From NCBI GenBank assembly GCA_043228905.1, contig JBHGNT010000021.1, positions 6,386,001-6,450,000 of the forward strand: 64,000 nucleotides of DNA, written 5' to 3'. Below, in pieces: positions 27,301 to 38,400 of this stretch. The translations under genes were made by a program, and so were the position numbers. The DNA comes from Azolla caroliniana (Eukaryota > Plantae > Polypodiophyta). Below the pieces are notes generated by a model. That model was not told the DNA's origin. It ran no database searches and saw only the letters and a program-made list of their open reading frames with translations. Position 1 is the stretch's first letter. Every line of letters starts with the position of its first letter.

Positions 27301-30300
27301 AGAAGCTTCGGGTCAGCCGAAAGAGCTTCGGTTGAAGAACCGACAGTGGAATGTTGCGTTGACAAATTTGATTTTCTCTGTTCGGTTGCCTCTTTGCTTT
27401 GTTTTCTAAACTTTTTCGTTCTTGGCCTTGAGAGCATTGTTGAGAACTAGGTCCATTTCGGATGGGCCGAATTTAGGATAAAGGAAAATGCTACACCTGA
27501 TCGAAAACCGGATGAAGTCCGAATGTAAATAGTTTTTTTAGTTGAGCTTGCTTAGACTAGTTATGTAAATAGCCCGAAAGCTTTCTAAGTATAAAGATAA
27601 CTAGGGCAAACTTTATGTGTGTGTTGAGTCATTGGAGCCAGTTAGCTTGAACATACCCCCAAATGAATCTTCCATTTTTTCTGAGTTATGCTATGATACC
27701 AGATTGATACGAAAAACGGGAACTTGGCCACAACCGAGTAGAATGCGAAATGGGTACACAAGCAAATATAGAGAGAAATAGAAAATAAGTGTGCGCAAGA
27801 TATATTGTGGAAAACCCCTAATCAGGTAAAAACCACGGGTGCCCACAGACACCAAACAAATCACTATGAGAGGAAATATACACTAAGACGAACTCACCGG
27901 CACTGACCTGAGTTCGTGTGCTTCACCAATAAGTGGTTACAGTAGCGATACTCTTGCTTGTTCACTATGTCTGTTCAGCTATGGAGGTAACGAACTCACA
28001 CACACAGTATTCACAGTTAGCTCTCACACACAATATGGAAGTCAAAGATGAGGGACATGTTGGTGGTCAAAGATCCCTGGTTGCCGGTATAGTTTGGGGA
28101 CAAAAGACCAGACAAGATTGATGCATCAACATGGGAGGTAATGCACACGAAGACAATTGCATACATAAGATGCTTTATCGATATGAGCATGTACAACAAC
28201 TTCAATGAGGAGTGCAAGACTGACGTCCTTTGGGAGAAGATCGGCATCATGTTAGAAAACAAGAATGTCATGAATTGAGTCTCAGTATTTCGGAAAATAG
28301 TGAGACTCAGGTATTAGGATAGCGCCAGTATGGCAGAGCATATGAACGCCTTTTGGGGGCTAATAAACTAGATCCCCTCGCTCAAAGTACCTGGTACTAG
28401 CATTGTTGTTGCTCAGATCCCTTCTGGATAGGTAGGAGACGTTGGTCGTCACATTGGGCAACACCGAACCAGAAGGGAAGCACTTGTCCTTGGCAGGAGT
28501 AAAATCGAGCTTGTTGAATGAGGAAGCTTGCCAGAAGGACAAGGAGGCAGTTTCCGGCCCGAAGGCCCTAGTCACGGAAAGTGATACACATAGAGGGAGA
28601 GGCCGAAACAGGAGTCCTCAAAACCGAGAGAAGTCGGGGACAAGGTCAAAGTCAAGGGGGAGGCCCATGTGCTTCTACTATGGGAAGTCGGGGCACTTCC
28701 AAAAGAATTGCCGACACCTCCAAAAGTAGAAAGGGGGAGACAAAAATGTTGACTCGAAGAAGAGTTCGGACCGAAAAGGAACATTGGAAATCGCGACAAG
28801 CGACTAAGAATTGTTGCTCATAAGTGAGCAGAATGAACTAAATCTTATTGACAACGAATCGGCATGGGTAGTCGATTCGGGTGCGTCGTTCCACGGAACC
28901 CCCGACAGGAATTGCTTCTCATCCTACAAATGAGAGACCACGACATTGTAAGGATGGTAAATGAAGGTGCATGCCGAATTGTCAGCATCGGAGATGTGCC
29001 TGGTAACATCGACTAATACTTAAAGATGTCTGACACGTTCGGGAGGTTCGACTAAACCTGATATCAACCAGTCGGTTGGATGACGAAGGCTACACGGGTA
29101 ACATCCAGAATGGAGTCATGAAGTTCAGTATAGGGAGCCTGATTGTGGCCCGAGCCCGGAAGATGAACACATTGTACTTTATGCACGCTTAGGTATGTCG
29201 GTCAGAAGAGAATGTGGCAGCCGACAATGTAGGTGAATTGTGGCACAAGAGGTTGTGCCACATGAGCGAGAAAGGGATGCGAAGACTTGCCAATGACAAC
29301 CTCATTCCGGAGTTAAAGAACGTTGTCGTGAAGATTTCCGGCCATAGTGTGAAACTGGGGTGGAATAGGGCAAGTCGGTGGTGTGCAACATGTGCACATG
29401 TATAGTAGGAGACGGTGTATAGAATAAAGGGGCGGTTTTGTCCCACATTGTAACGCCCTCCCCTCCTTGGTCTATAAAAGGAGGGAGGGGTCCCTTGTTA
29501 AGGGGTTGCCCATTTTGTGTCATAGGGGTATACCATTTTGTGGAATCTTTCTTTTGTTAAGACTTTCTAGGGTTAGTAACTTTTTTTTTTCTTCTTCTTC
29601 TTCTCCTTCTTGAGAAGTTGGGTGCAGCAGCCATGGCGGTGAAGCTCTGTTAGGGTTAGATTCTTTACTTTTGAGCGTAGCCCAGCTTGAAACCGGGGTT
29701 GTATCTTTCCACTTGTAATATATACATACATATCTGTTTGTGTATATTGGTGTCTCTAGTGGTGTCGGGTGCATAGCCCTCCTTTGTTTCCTGTACATAA
29801 GAGTCGGTGTTGCGCGTGTGCTCCCTCTCTTTCTCTCACTCTCTCTCTCTCTCGTGTTCGGATGCCTCTGGTATGTGTTCGGAGTCGTTTTTCCTGGCGC
29901 CCCTTTTCTTCCTCGTTTGAGACCCCGGTGGTCCCGCTCCTTTCGACACGCACGCGCGTAATAATGCGACATCTTTGGTGAACCCAACATGAAGGGGCAG
30001 CAAGGGAGAATGGAGTTGGAAGAAGACAAACACGGGGACAAAGTCCCATTCTATTTGGAAGCCTACAACACGGAAATGGAGGAGCGAGACGTAGACGAGG
30101 CGTTGAGGCTGGGGTTCTTTCGTCGGGTCGTTGCCGTTCGCATGCACACGGAAGTGAAGGAGCTCCGAGAAGCTCATAGTTCATGGGAGGCCTTCGAAGA
30201 GGCGCTCCTGCAGGCATATGGAGGACGGCGGAAGAGCCGGGGATGACGCGGCTTCGACCAGTAGGTAGCATCGGCAAAGACCCACCGGGGCGCAACGAAG

Positions 30301-31575
30301 GCGTTCCGAGAGTTCGAGCGACGACTTGCTCGGCTCTCGGAGCGGGAGCAAGGTTTGGTGGGGGCGGACAAAGTCCTGTTGTTCGTCAGGTTGATCGACC
30401 GAGCGGAATGGGAGACCATCAGGATTGAGCTCGAAGACGAGGACAGAGCGAATGGCCTTATGGAGGACTGGTCGAAGGTCGGAAGGATATGCCAACGGCT
30501 AGATGACGAGCGAGCCAAGAAGGTTAGGAGGAAGGCGCGCGACAACGTGCCATCACAACGAGAAGAGGCCGAATGACAAAGAGAGTTGGCAAGGCTCGAC
30601 TTTGGCGTCAGGATTGCGAAGGTGTACGCAGCTCTCGAGGCAATGCTCAAGGAAGAGGAAAGATCGAGACCGCAAGCCGACTCCGAGGAGACGGACTTGC
30701 CCCATGAGATAGCAGAAGATCGGTACGACGGTACCATGGGAGAGGGTGCGGAACAAAACGCCCTCTCGGATTGCGGAGATAGAACAACCGAGGACAAGGC
30801 CGAGATACCGATTGCAGAATAGGAACGTTGGGACCGGCGGTTTCGGACACGCCAGCCCGAGGCTCCGGACATAGAAGAAGCAAACCTAGGCGGGGCTTGC
30901 GCGATTGGTAAGAAGTCGACCACCAACCAAGAGGAGCCAGTGGCTACAGACAAGGGCGCAAATAGGACGGTGTCGTGAAGAAAACCGGACATAGGCGGAA
31001 TCAGACGAAAAGGCGCATGAACCGGCTCTTACACGGATGGGCGTGTGAATAGATATTTTGATATTGATTCATAAATGGATCGGCTGATGTAAATACTCAG
31101 TAGTACACATTTATTAGGGGATTGTGCGTATCTCTGTCATAAGGGACATGGAATAAAGCGATTTGACTAGGGAAAAAGGGGCACCCCTTTTGGGAACTAT
31201 TTAAGGAGAGGAGAGAAAACACGTTCGCGTTCACAAGTGGAAGGATCACGCATAAGTGGAAGGATAAGGGAAATTTTAGGGGTTTTTCAATGATTTTACA
31301 AAACACATTGATACCAGTATCATACATGTTCAAACATACTATGAAAAAGGTTAAAAATCCACTATTTTCGTGATTTAGAAGTAACTAAAAAAAGACGAAT
31401 TTCAAAAAGATACATTCTCAATTTATATCACAAACTTCACAACCAATGTTATTTTATAAGAAACAATTTTTAAGAAATCATAAGAATTCAAAACACATGA
31501 TTTTATATTACTCGATTTGTTACAAGCGGAATGTAGTTACACTTAATAGCCAAATATACATTCATGATCACTCCT

Positions 31576-34356
31576 TTACGGAGAATCACTACTATAACTA
31601 ATATACAATGACGATTCCTCCTCATCATCCTCGGATGTACCAATCAGTGCATTATCTTCGTCATAAACCAAATGGTTTGACTCTAGATTATATGTAGCAG
31701 ATCTCGTTTGCCTTTGACTCGAGCCACCTTGTAGACCTGGTAATTTTTCTTTTATTATATCTATTGTTGACTTCCTTAATCGTCCGGCTTTTGTAAGTGT
31801 GAAGTCGTACACGATGATATCCACATAAGAGATATCAAGGGTCGAGGTGTTACAAATGTTTCGCTTCCTCTTCCTACCTCCCCTTCTTGTTTGGCATTAA
31901 ATCATCTCCAATGTATACTTACCTGTAAAAGCATTTGCACTTCTAGTGTTGTACCAATGAACATTTATAGACTTGATCGTGTTTTCTATTTCATGCATTA
32001 GCACTTCTAGAATTTTACCAACCCAAAATTGGTGGCCATGTGAGTTCTCATCAGCCGACGTTGCAATCAACATCCCCGCGGTGAGCTCTTGCAAATTTCC
32101 TTGCCATCTAGCTTCGGCTGCTTTGGTCATCCTTGGTCCCACATAAATGTCTCTTTGTTGTGGATGGACCAAGCTGTCATTAATTGCATTTGCTAGTTGC
32201 TCCGGACTTCTATTTACGCGATCATGTTGCAACGACCATGTGAATGGCGTTTCCAAATTCCAATTATCAACAGATACACAATTGTCTATAATTTCTTTCT
32301 GATCACTATAAAATACATCCCACCATGACGTGTCTTGTTGTGCGGCATATTTCTTGGCGGCCTCAATATGCTTTCTTTTTTCTTCTAAGGCTTGGAGTCA
32401 TGACCGTTTTTGTTCTGATACCAAGTCGCTCTGCAACTGTCCTTTCTTCTCAATTGGCATTTGCTTAGCTCCATGGACAATTGTACTCGGCATACAAAGT
32501 AATAACTGGCAACCACCTTCAGGTTCCCATGTTGTAGAAGCTGAATATTGTTTGGCATACAAAAGTGTAGAACCACTTATTCCATTTTTCTTTATCAAAA
32601 AAATGTGATTGAAACTTATATTGTTTAACTGAGCAAGCACTTTAACATTCCCACCACCCCCATCTAATATATATCTCTTAAAGTCATATACCTCCTTCAA
32701 GTGTAACACTTTTGGGCGTGGTGTATAAGCATCACAAATGACATCAAATAGTTTAGGTAAAGTGAAAGCATCATGCCGAGACAACTGTCTGGAGAATGTG
32801 CTAAACATCTGATCTATATGGTCATGTGTGTGGCCAACCAAAAGGAAATTGACTTTCACTTTCCTAAACAATTCTAGGTTGACCAACATACTTAGATAGC
32901 CAAATACAGTTGAATTTTTGTTCTCTCTAGCAGTATTGTCCAATTGAATGTATAGAACAGGGGGGAAAGGTTGTCCCCAAGACATCAAAACTCGGTGAAT
33001 CACTGTAACTGTTAGGTTAGGGTCATTGTGAACATTGGGGTAAGTAATGAAGACGTGAGGTCGAACAGACCTATTATAAGCCAAGCATCCCACCAAGTGC
33101 ATTTGAACAAGGCACTCATCATTGACATCTTTGGGGAGCCTCCGCATATGCGGCAAGCATGTCTTCTTCTAGTCCATGCCATCTATCATTAAGCACATGT
33201 ATTGTTCGGGCCTCTTCAAACACTTCTCTCTATGATGCATCGCCTTCCTTCGTTCTAAGGATTGTGCCTCACGATGCTCTTGTAGTAACTTCTTACTCGT
33301 ATCCTTTTCCATTGATGTCTTTGCACCTTTAGCCAAACTTTTAAGATTTGCACAAATGGAGCAATACCCCATATGTACTTTACGAGGAATAATAACATTT
33401 GAAAACCGAGATCTCCATAATCTTGTGAATTGGCTATATGTGATCGACTTATTACGTGAGCCCAGCATATCAGATCGATAGACATCATAAACTTCCCGAC
33501 GTGTATAATTATCAGAAAGATGCATCCTACCTGTAGTGGGCATTACTTCACAATTTAACTGAAAGTAAGTTTTCATCCAGCCAATAGCTAGACTTCCAAT
33601 TGCACCTTTCATAGTTGGAACCTCTTTACAATTGAGCATCTGATCCCCGCTAAGTAGATGTTGTTGTACTCTATGTAGCCGCATGTTACTAACACATAAC
33701 GCAATTTTGAATGCAACTCTACATATCTGTTGCGCATGGAAGATATAATACTCGAATGATACTTTGATCCCTGTACATTTGTCAGATACTAGTTGCATAT
33801 GTGACCCGACGTAAGTGTCTTGCTCATCACCGGTCATCGAAAAATAGTATCGCCTTAATTCTCGCAACTTTGATTTTCCAATCATAGACATACAACCACG
33901 GGCACAACATATTTTGTTGACATCAAATCCAATCTGTTTATCTGATGTCACCAAGCTAAATCTCGCTAGACGAATTCTTCGTGGGATTCTTCTAATATGC
34001 ATAGGGCTCCCAGATTTCTCTTCCTGCATAGAGGTTGGTGTAACCTTGTTACAGTCTAATTCTTTGCTGTGACCATCGCCAATGTTATTCAATGTTTCCT
34101 GGGCACTTCCTTCATTCTCGGTATCTTTATTAATATCGTATTCTTCAATAGAGAACTCTTCACATGTGTCATTATTTACATTCCTTGTAGATGAGCTCAG
34201 ACAATATTCTTCGATAGAATATGGTGAGTCGGTCGACAAACAATATTCTTCAATCGAATATGGTGACTCTGATGACAAACAATACTCTTCAGTAGAAAAC
34301 GATGGGTCTGATGACAAACAATATTCTTCAATCGAGAACGGTGAATCTTCACTCAT
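31576..34356 (-). pseudogene. DDD-type transposase (DUF7869-like; motif pattern resembles Sola-type), ~925 aa when reconstructed, with internal stops and one frameshift
   Basis: CCARGC, ICRVAF, CSIC, IDGMD(Q)KK, YIQLDNTARENKN and FLLVGHTHDHIDQMFS. In-frame stops at 33169 (CAG>TAG) and 32398 (CGA>TGA); stop and frameshift near 31897-31870. Confidence 0.8.
34198..34353 (-). repeat. 39-bp coding tandem repeat x4 (consensus DSPYSIEEYCLSS) at the transposase N-terminus
   Basis: ORF translation SPFSIEEYCLSSD/PSFSTEEYCLSSE/SPYSIEEYCLSTD/SPYSIEEYCLSSS. Confidence 0.9.
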
Positions 34357-35039
34357 GGCTTAAGGTCTAGATAGGGCTCTCTAAGTTATGGGCTTACGGG
34401 AAAGAAAAAAACTAATAAGCTCCTCTCTAAACATAAACTTCTCTCTAAACAAAAGCTAAATCAATAGAATGTCTATATTATGTAATATTCTATTAATACA
34501 ATACATCAAAAAATTATTTTTAATAAAGTAATTGTACTTAAAATATCAATTATTATATAAACTAGATCTATATAAAGTTAAATCAAGTAAAATATAAAAC
34601 TAATCATTAACAAGTCATGAATATGTTGGATTAATGTTAAAATCATTGGCTAATTAATGGCACCCATTTTGATATAGAACGTCTCACTCATTGGTTCTTT
34701 AATGCTCACCATTTTAAATATTAGACTTATCAATCATTGGTTAATTTATGCCCACATCTTTAATACACAACATTTGAGAGTCATAAAAATTGTTGGTTTT
34801 AGTAATCAATCATTGGTACATTCATGAACCTCTATCATTGACTCATTCATAACCTTTGAAGTCATTGTAGGTTGTTATGACTATAAAAGATTGATCAATA
34901 TGGTAGTTTGACTTTGTAATCATTAATACAATCATACGTTTCTCTAGTTAATGCGACTATGGTTACCAACTAACTATCCTCAAAGTTACCAACCTTGGTT
35001 AAGGTGACTATGGTTACTTTAACCAATGTGTTCAATCCC

Positions 35040-35047
35040 TATAAATA
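35040..35047 (+). promoter_or_regulatory. TATA box of the ParB-MTase gene
   Basis: CCTATAAATAGG about 150 bp upstream of ATG 35191, with a CCAAT just upstream. Confidence 0.55.
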
Positions 35048-35073
35048 GGAAGACCTCGTCATATTTCACTTAC

Positions 35074-35158
35074 CAGAGCGTACAGAGCGTACAGAGCACA
35101 CAGAACGTAGAGAGCACACAGAGCACACAAAGCACACAAAGCACAAAGCACGAAAGCG
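35074..35158. repeat. 9-bp tandem repeat (CAGAGCRYA) in the putative 5' UTR
   Basis: CAGAGCGTA CAGAGCGTA CAGAGCACA CAGAACGTA GAGAGCACA CAGAGCACA CAAAGCACA... Confidence 0.85.
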
Positions 35159-35424
35159 CGATCTCCGCCTCCACTTCCACACGATCAAACATGTCTTCAA
35201 AGAGAATCGAGCGCGAGGACTCCAGGTAGGCCTCTGACACTGTGGACATTTTTGTAAATATGTTTCGTTTCTCAAGAACTTGATACGCCGTATCGAGTTC
35301 ATGTATACAATACAAATATTTATACATGAACTCGATACGGCGTATCGAGTTCATAATTTAATTTTGCTTTTTATACAGGAACTCGATACGGCGTATCGAG
35401 TTCCTGTTTAAAACCTACACTTTA

Positions 35425-38400
35425 TGTTGGGATTTCGGTCCCTCCGGACGGGATGTCCCCGGAGATAAATGACGGCAAGCTCGGTTGCGGTTACGGATGT
35501 CCCCGGAGATAAATGACGGCAAGCCCGGTTGCGGTTACGGAACCGGATGATGAAGAGTACCCGGCATGAAGCCGGATGAAGTGTACCCGGATACGGATCC
35601 GGATGATGAAGACCCCGGCTACGGAGCTGGATGCTGAAGACCCCGGCTACGGAGCCGGATGACGAATGTACCCGGAGAGAGATCCGGATGCGGGGACATG
35701 TTTGTGAATATGTTTGCCAAGAGCCCTTGAGGCTATATTTGTAAATAGCCCGAAAGTCATATGTGTATAAATATGACTTAGGGCAAACAGTTTAAATGTT
35801 GTTGCTCATCTTCTGTTTTCACTAAGAGGGAGCGAAGTGAGAGCAGCCGAGAGAGAGTGAGAGAGAAGGAGGAAGGAAGAGGTCGACGCCTCTGTGTAAT
35901 ACCGCCGCCTGTGGCGAGGACAGCGAGCTCAAGGTCGTCGCCTTGCAGCTCGCCATTGTACATTCCGCGTATAGGGATAGTTGGAGTCTTGCACTCCCGT
36001 GGTTTTTTTCCCATTTAGGGTTTTTCCACGTAAAACATCCAGTGTGCCCCTCTCTCTATTGTTTTCGTACATTGTTGTATTTCCTGTTTTCTGTGAGTTG
36101 ATCCTATTCCTCGGCTCTTACCGAGCACGGTTTTTCAACAAAGTGGTATCAGAGCGACGGTAACACAGAAAATGGAAGGCGGCAGCAGCGGGCAGCCGGG
36201 GATGATGGTGCTAAATGCGCAGAACTACGCCGACTGGAAGATAAAGATGGAGGATCTGCTCATTGTTCGGGACCTGTATGAACCGATCGACAGGTCGGAA
36301 ATACCCAAGGGGGTACTTGAGACGGAGTGGAGGCTTCTGAACCGGAAAGCCGTTGCAACCATTCGGCAATACGTCGACGTGAGCGTTCTACAACACGTGG
36401 CGAACGACACCAACGCATATGAGATGTGGCGGAAGCTGTCGGGCCTCTACGAGAGGAAGAATGCGTTGAACCGGACCTCCCTGATGAGAAAGATAGTGAA
36501 CCTCAAGTACCGGGACGGCGAGAGTATGGTGGAACACGTAAGCACGTTCATGGGATTCGTGAACCAGCTTGCGGCGATCAAGTTCCCGTTGGAGGATGCA
36601 ATGCAAGCCATCATCCTGATGTGTACATTGCCGGACAGCTGGGAGAACTTGGTGGTGACTCTCAGCACCTCCTGCACCGAAGATAACTTGTCCCTACAAA
36701 CGGTAAAGACAAGTATTTTGAACGAAGAAGCGCGTCGGAGAGATAAAGAACCGGTTTCTGATCAGAAGATGCTGCTTACCGAATCGGATCGGGGAAGACA
36801 ATGGAACCGGAGTCCGCAAAGACGGGAGAAGTCGGGGACCCGGTCACAGTCAAGAGGAAGGCCAACATGCTTCCACTGTGGGAAGCCGGGGCACTTCCGG
36901 AAGAATTGTCGGCATTACCGAAAGGACAACGGAGCCGACGACACCGATTCGAAGAAGTCACCGGAGAGAAACGGTGCATACCGGGGAGCCACGGACCGAA
37001 GAGGTCCGGATCGGCGAGGGCAGGACCGGAAAGGAACGACGGCACTCGCGGCAAGCGAGGAAGAAATCATGCTCATTACCGAAGAGAGGGAGCTGAACCT
37101 TGCCGGTGTAGAGACGACCTGGGTGGTTGATTCCGGAGCGTCGTTCCACCTGACCCCGGAGAAGAAATACTTCTCATCCTACACAACCGGTGAGCACGGC
37201 TGTGTCCGGATGGGAAATGAAGGCACATGCCGGATTGCCGGCATAGGAGACGTGTGGCTGTTGACATCAACCGGATGCAAGATGCTGTTGAAGGATGTGC
37301 GACACGTTCCGGAGGTCCGATTGAACCTGATCTCGGCCGGGAGGCTAGATGATGAAGGCTACACGGGTAGCATCCGGAACGGTGTCATGAAGTTCAGCAA
37401 GGGGAGCCTGATAGTGGCTCGGGCCCGGAAGGTCAACACCCTATACCTGATGAACTCCCGGCTATGTCCGGAGGAGCTGAACGTGGCAGCCGACACTACC
37501 GGTGAGCTGTGGCACAAGAGACTGTGCCACATGAGCGAGAAGGGGATGAAGAGGCTTGCGGAAGACAACCTCATTCCAGTGAAGCATGTACACCTGGGGA
37601 AGTGTACCGACTGTCTGGCCGGTAAGCAAAACCGGACCTCCTTCCACTCAAGGCCACCAACGAGACGTAGCGCACCATTGGAGCTGGTGCACACTGACGT
37701 GTGTCAAGTAGAGACGAAGTCACATGGCGGAGCCCAGTACTTCGTGACATTCATTGATGACCACAGCCGGAAGCTGTGGACGGCACCGTTGAAGACAAAG
37801 GACCAAGTGTTGTGCGTCTTCAAAGAACTTCACGCGAGAGTGGAAAGGGAATCCGGCAAGAAGCTGAAAGCGATACGAGCGGATAACGGAGGGGAATACC
37901 GGGGGCAGTTCCAGGAGTACTGTCGCTTGAAGGGAATCCGGCTCGAGTTTACTGTGCCGAAGACGCCGGAACTGAACGGGCTGGCCGAGAGGATGAACCG
38001 GACCATAATGGAGAGGGTCCGGAGTATGCTGGCGCATGCGAAATTACCCAAGGGATTTTGGGCTGAGGCAATGTCGACGGCGACGTATGTGATAAATAGA
38101 TCACCCTCAGTACCTTTGGACGGAGACACGCCGCAGAGAGTGTGGACCGGTAAGGAAGTGTCCTACCGGCATCTGAAGGTGTTCGGGTGTCTCGCATACG
38201 TGCATGTGGCAAAGGACCGGAGAGGAAAGTTAGATCCAAAGACCCGGCCATGCATATTCCTCGGTTACGGCGACGACGAGTTCGGCTACTGAGTATGGGA
38301 CCCGGTCGACAAGAAGATATTCAGGAGTTGAGATATCATCTTCATGGAGGATAAGACACTCGCCGACTGGGAGTCGGAGAAGAAGATGAAGAGCTCCAAG

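Noticed and set aside
31218-31225. CACTA or Chapaev assignment from CAC..GTG near the termini
   Set aside because: Placing the ends at CAC/GTG gives no TSD (AAAA against TTAG). Only AAC..GTT ends reproduce the empty site.
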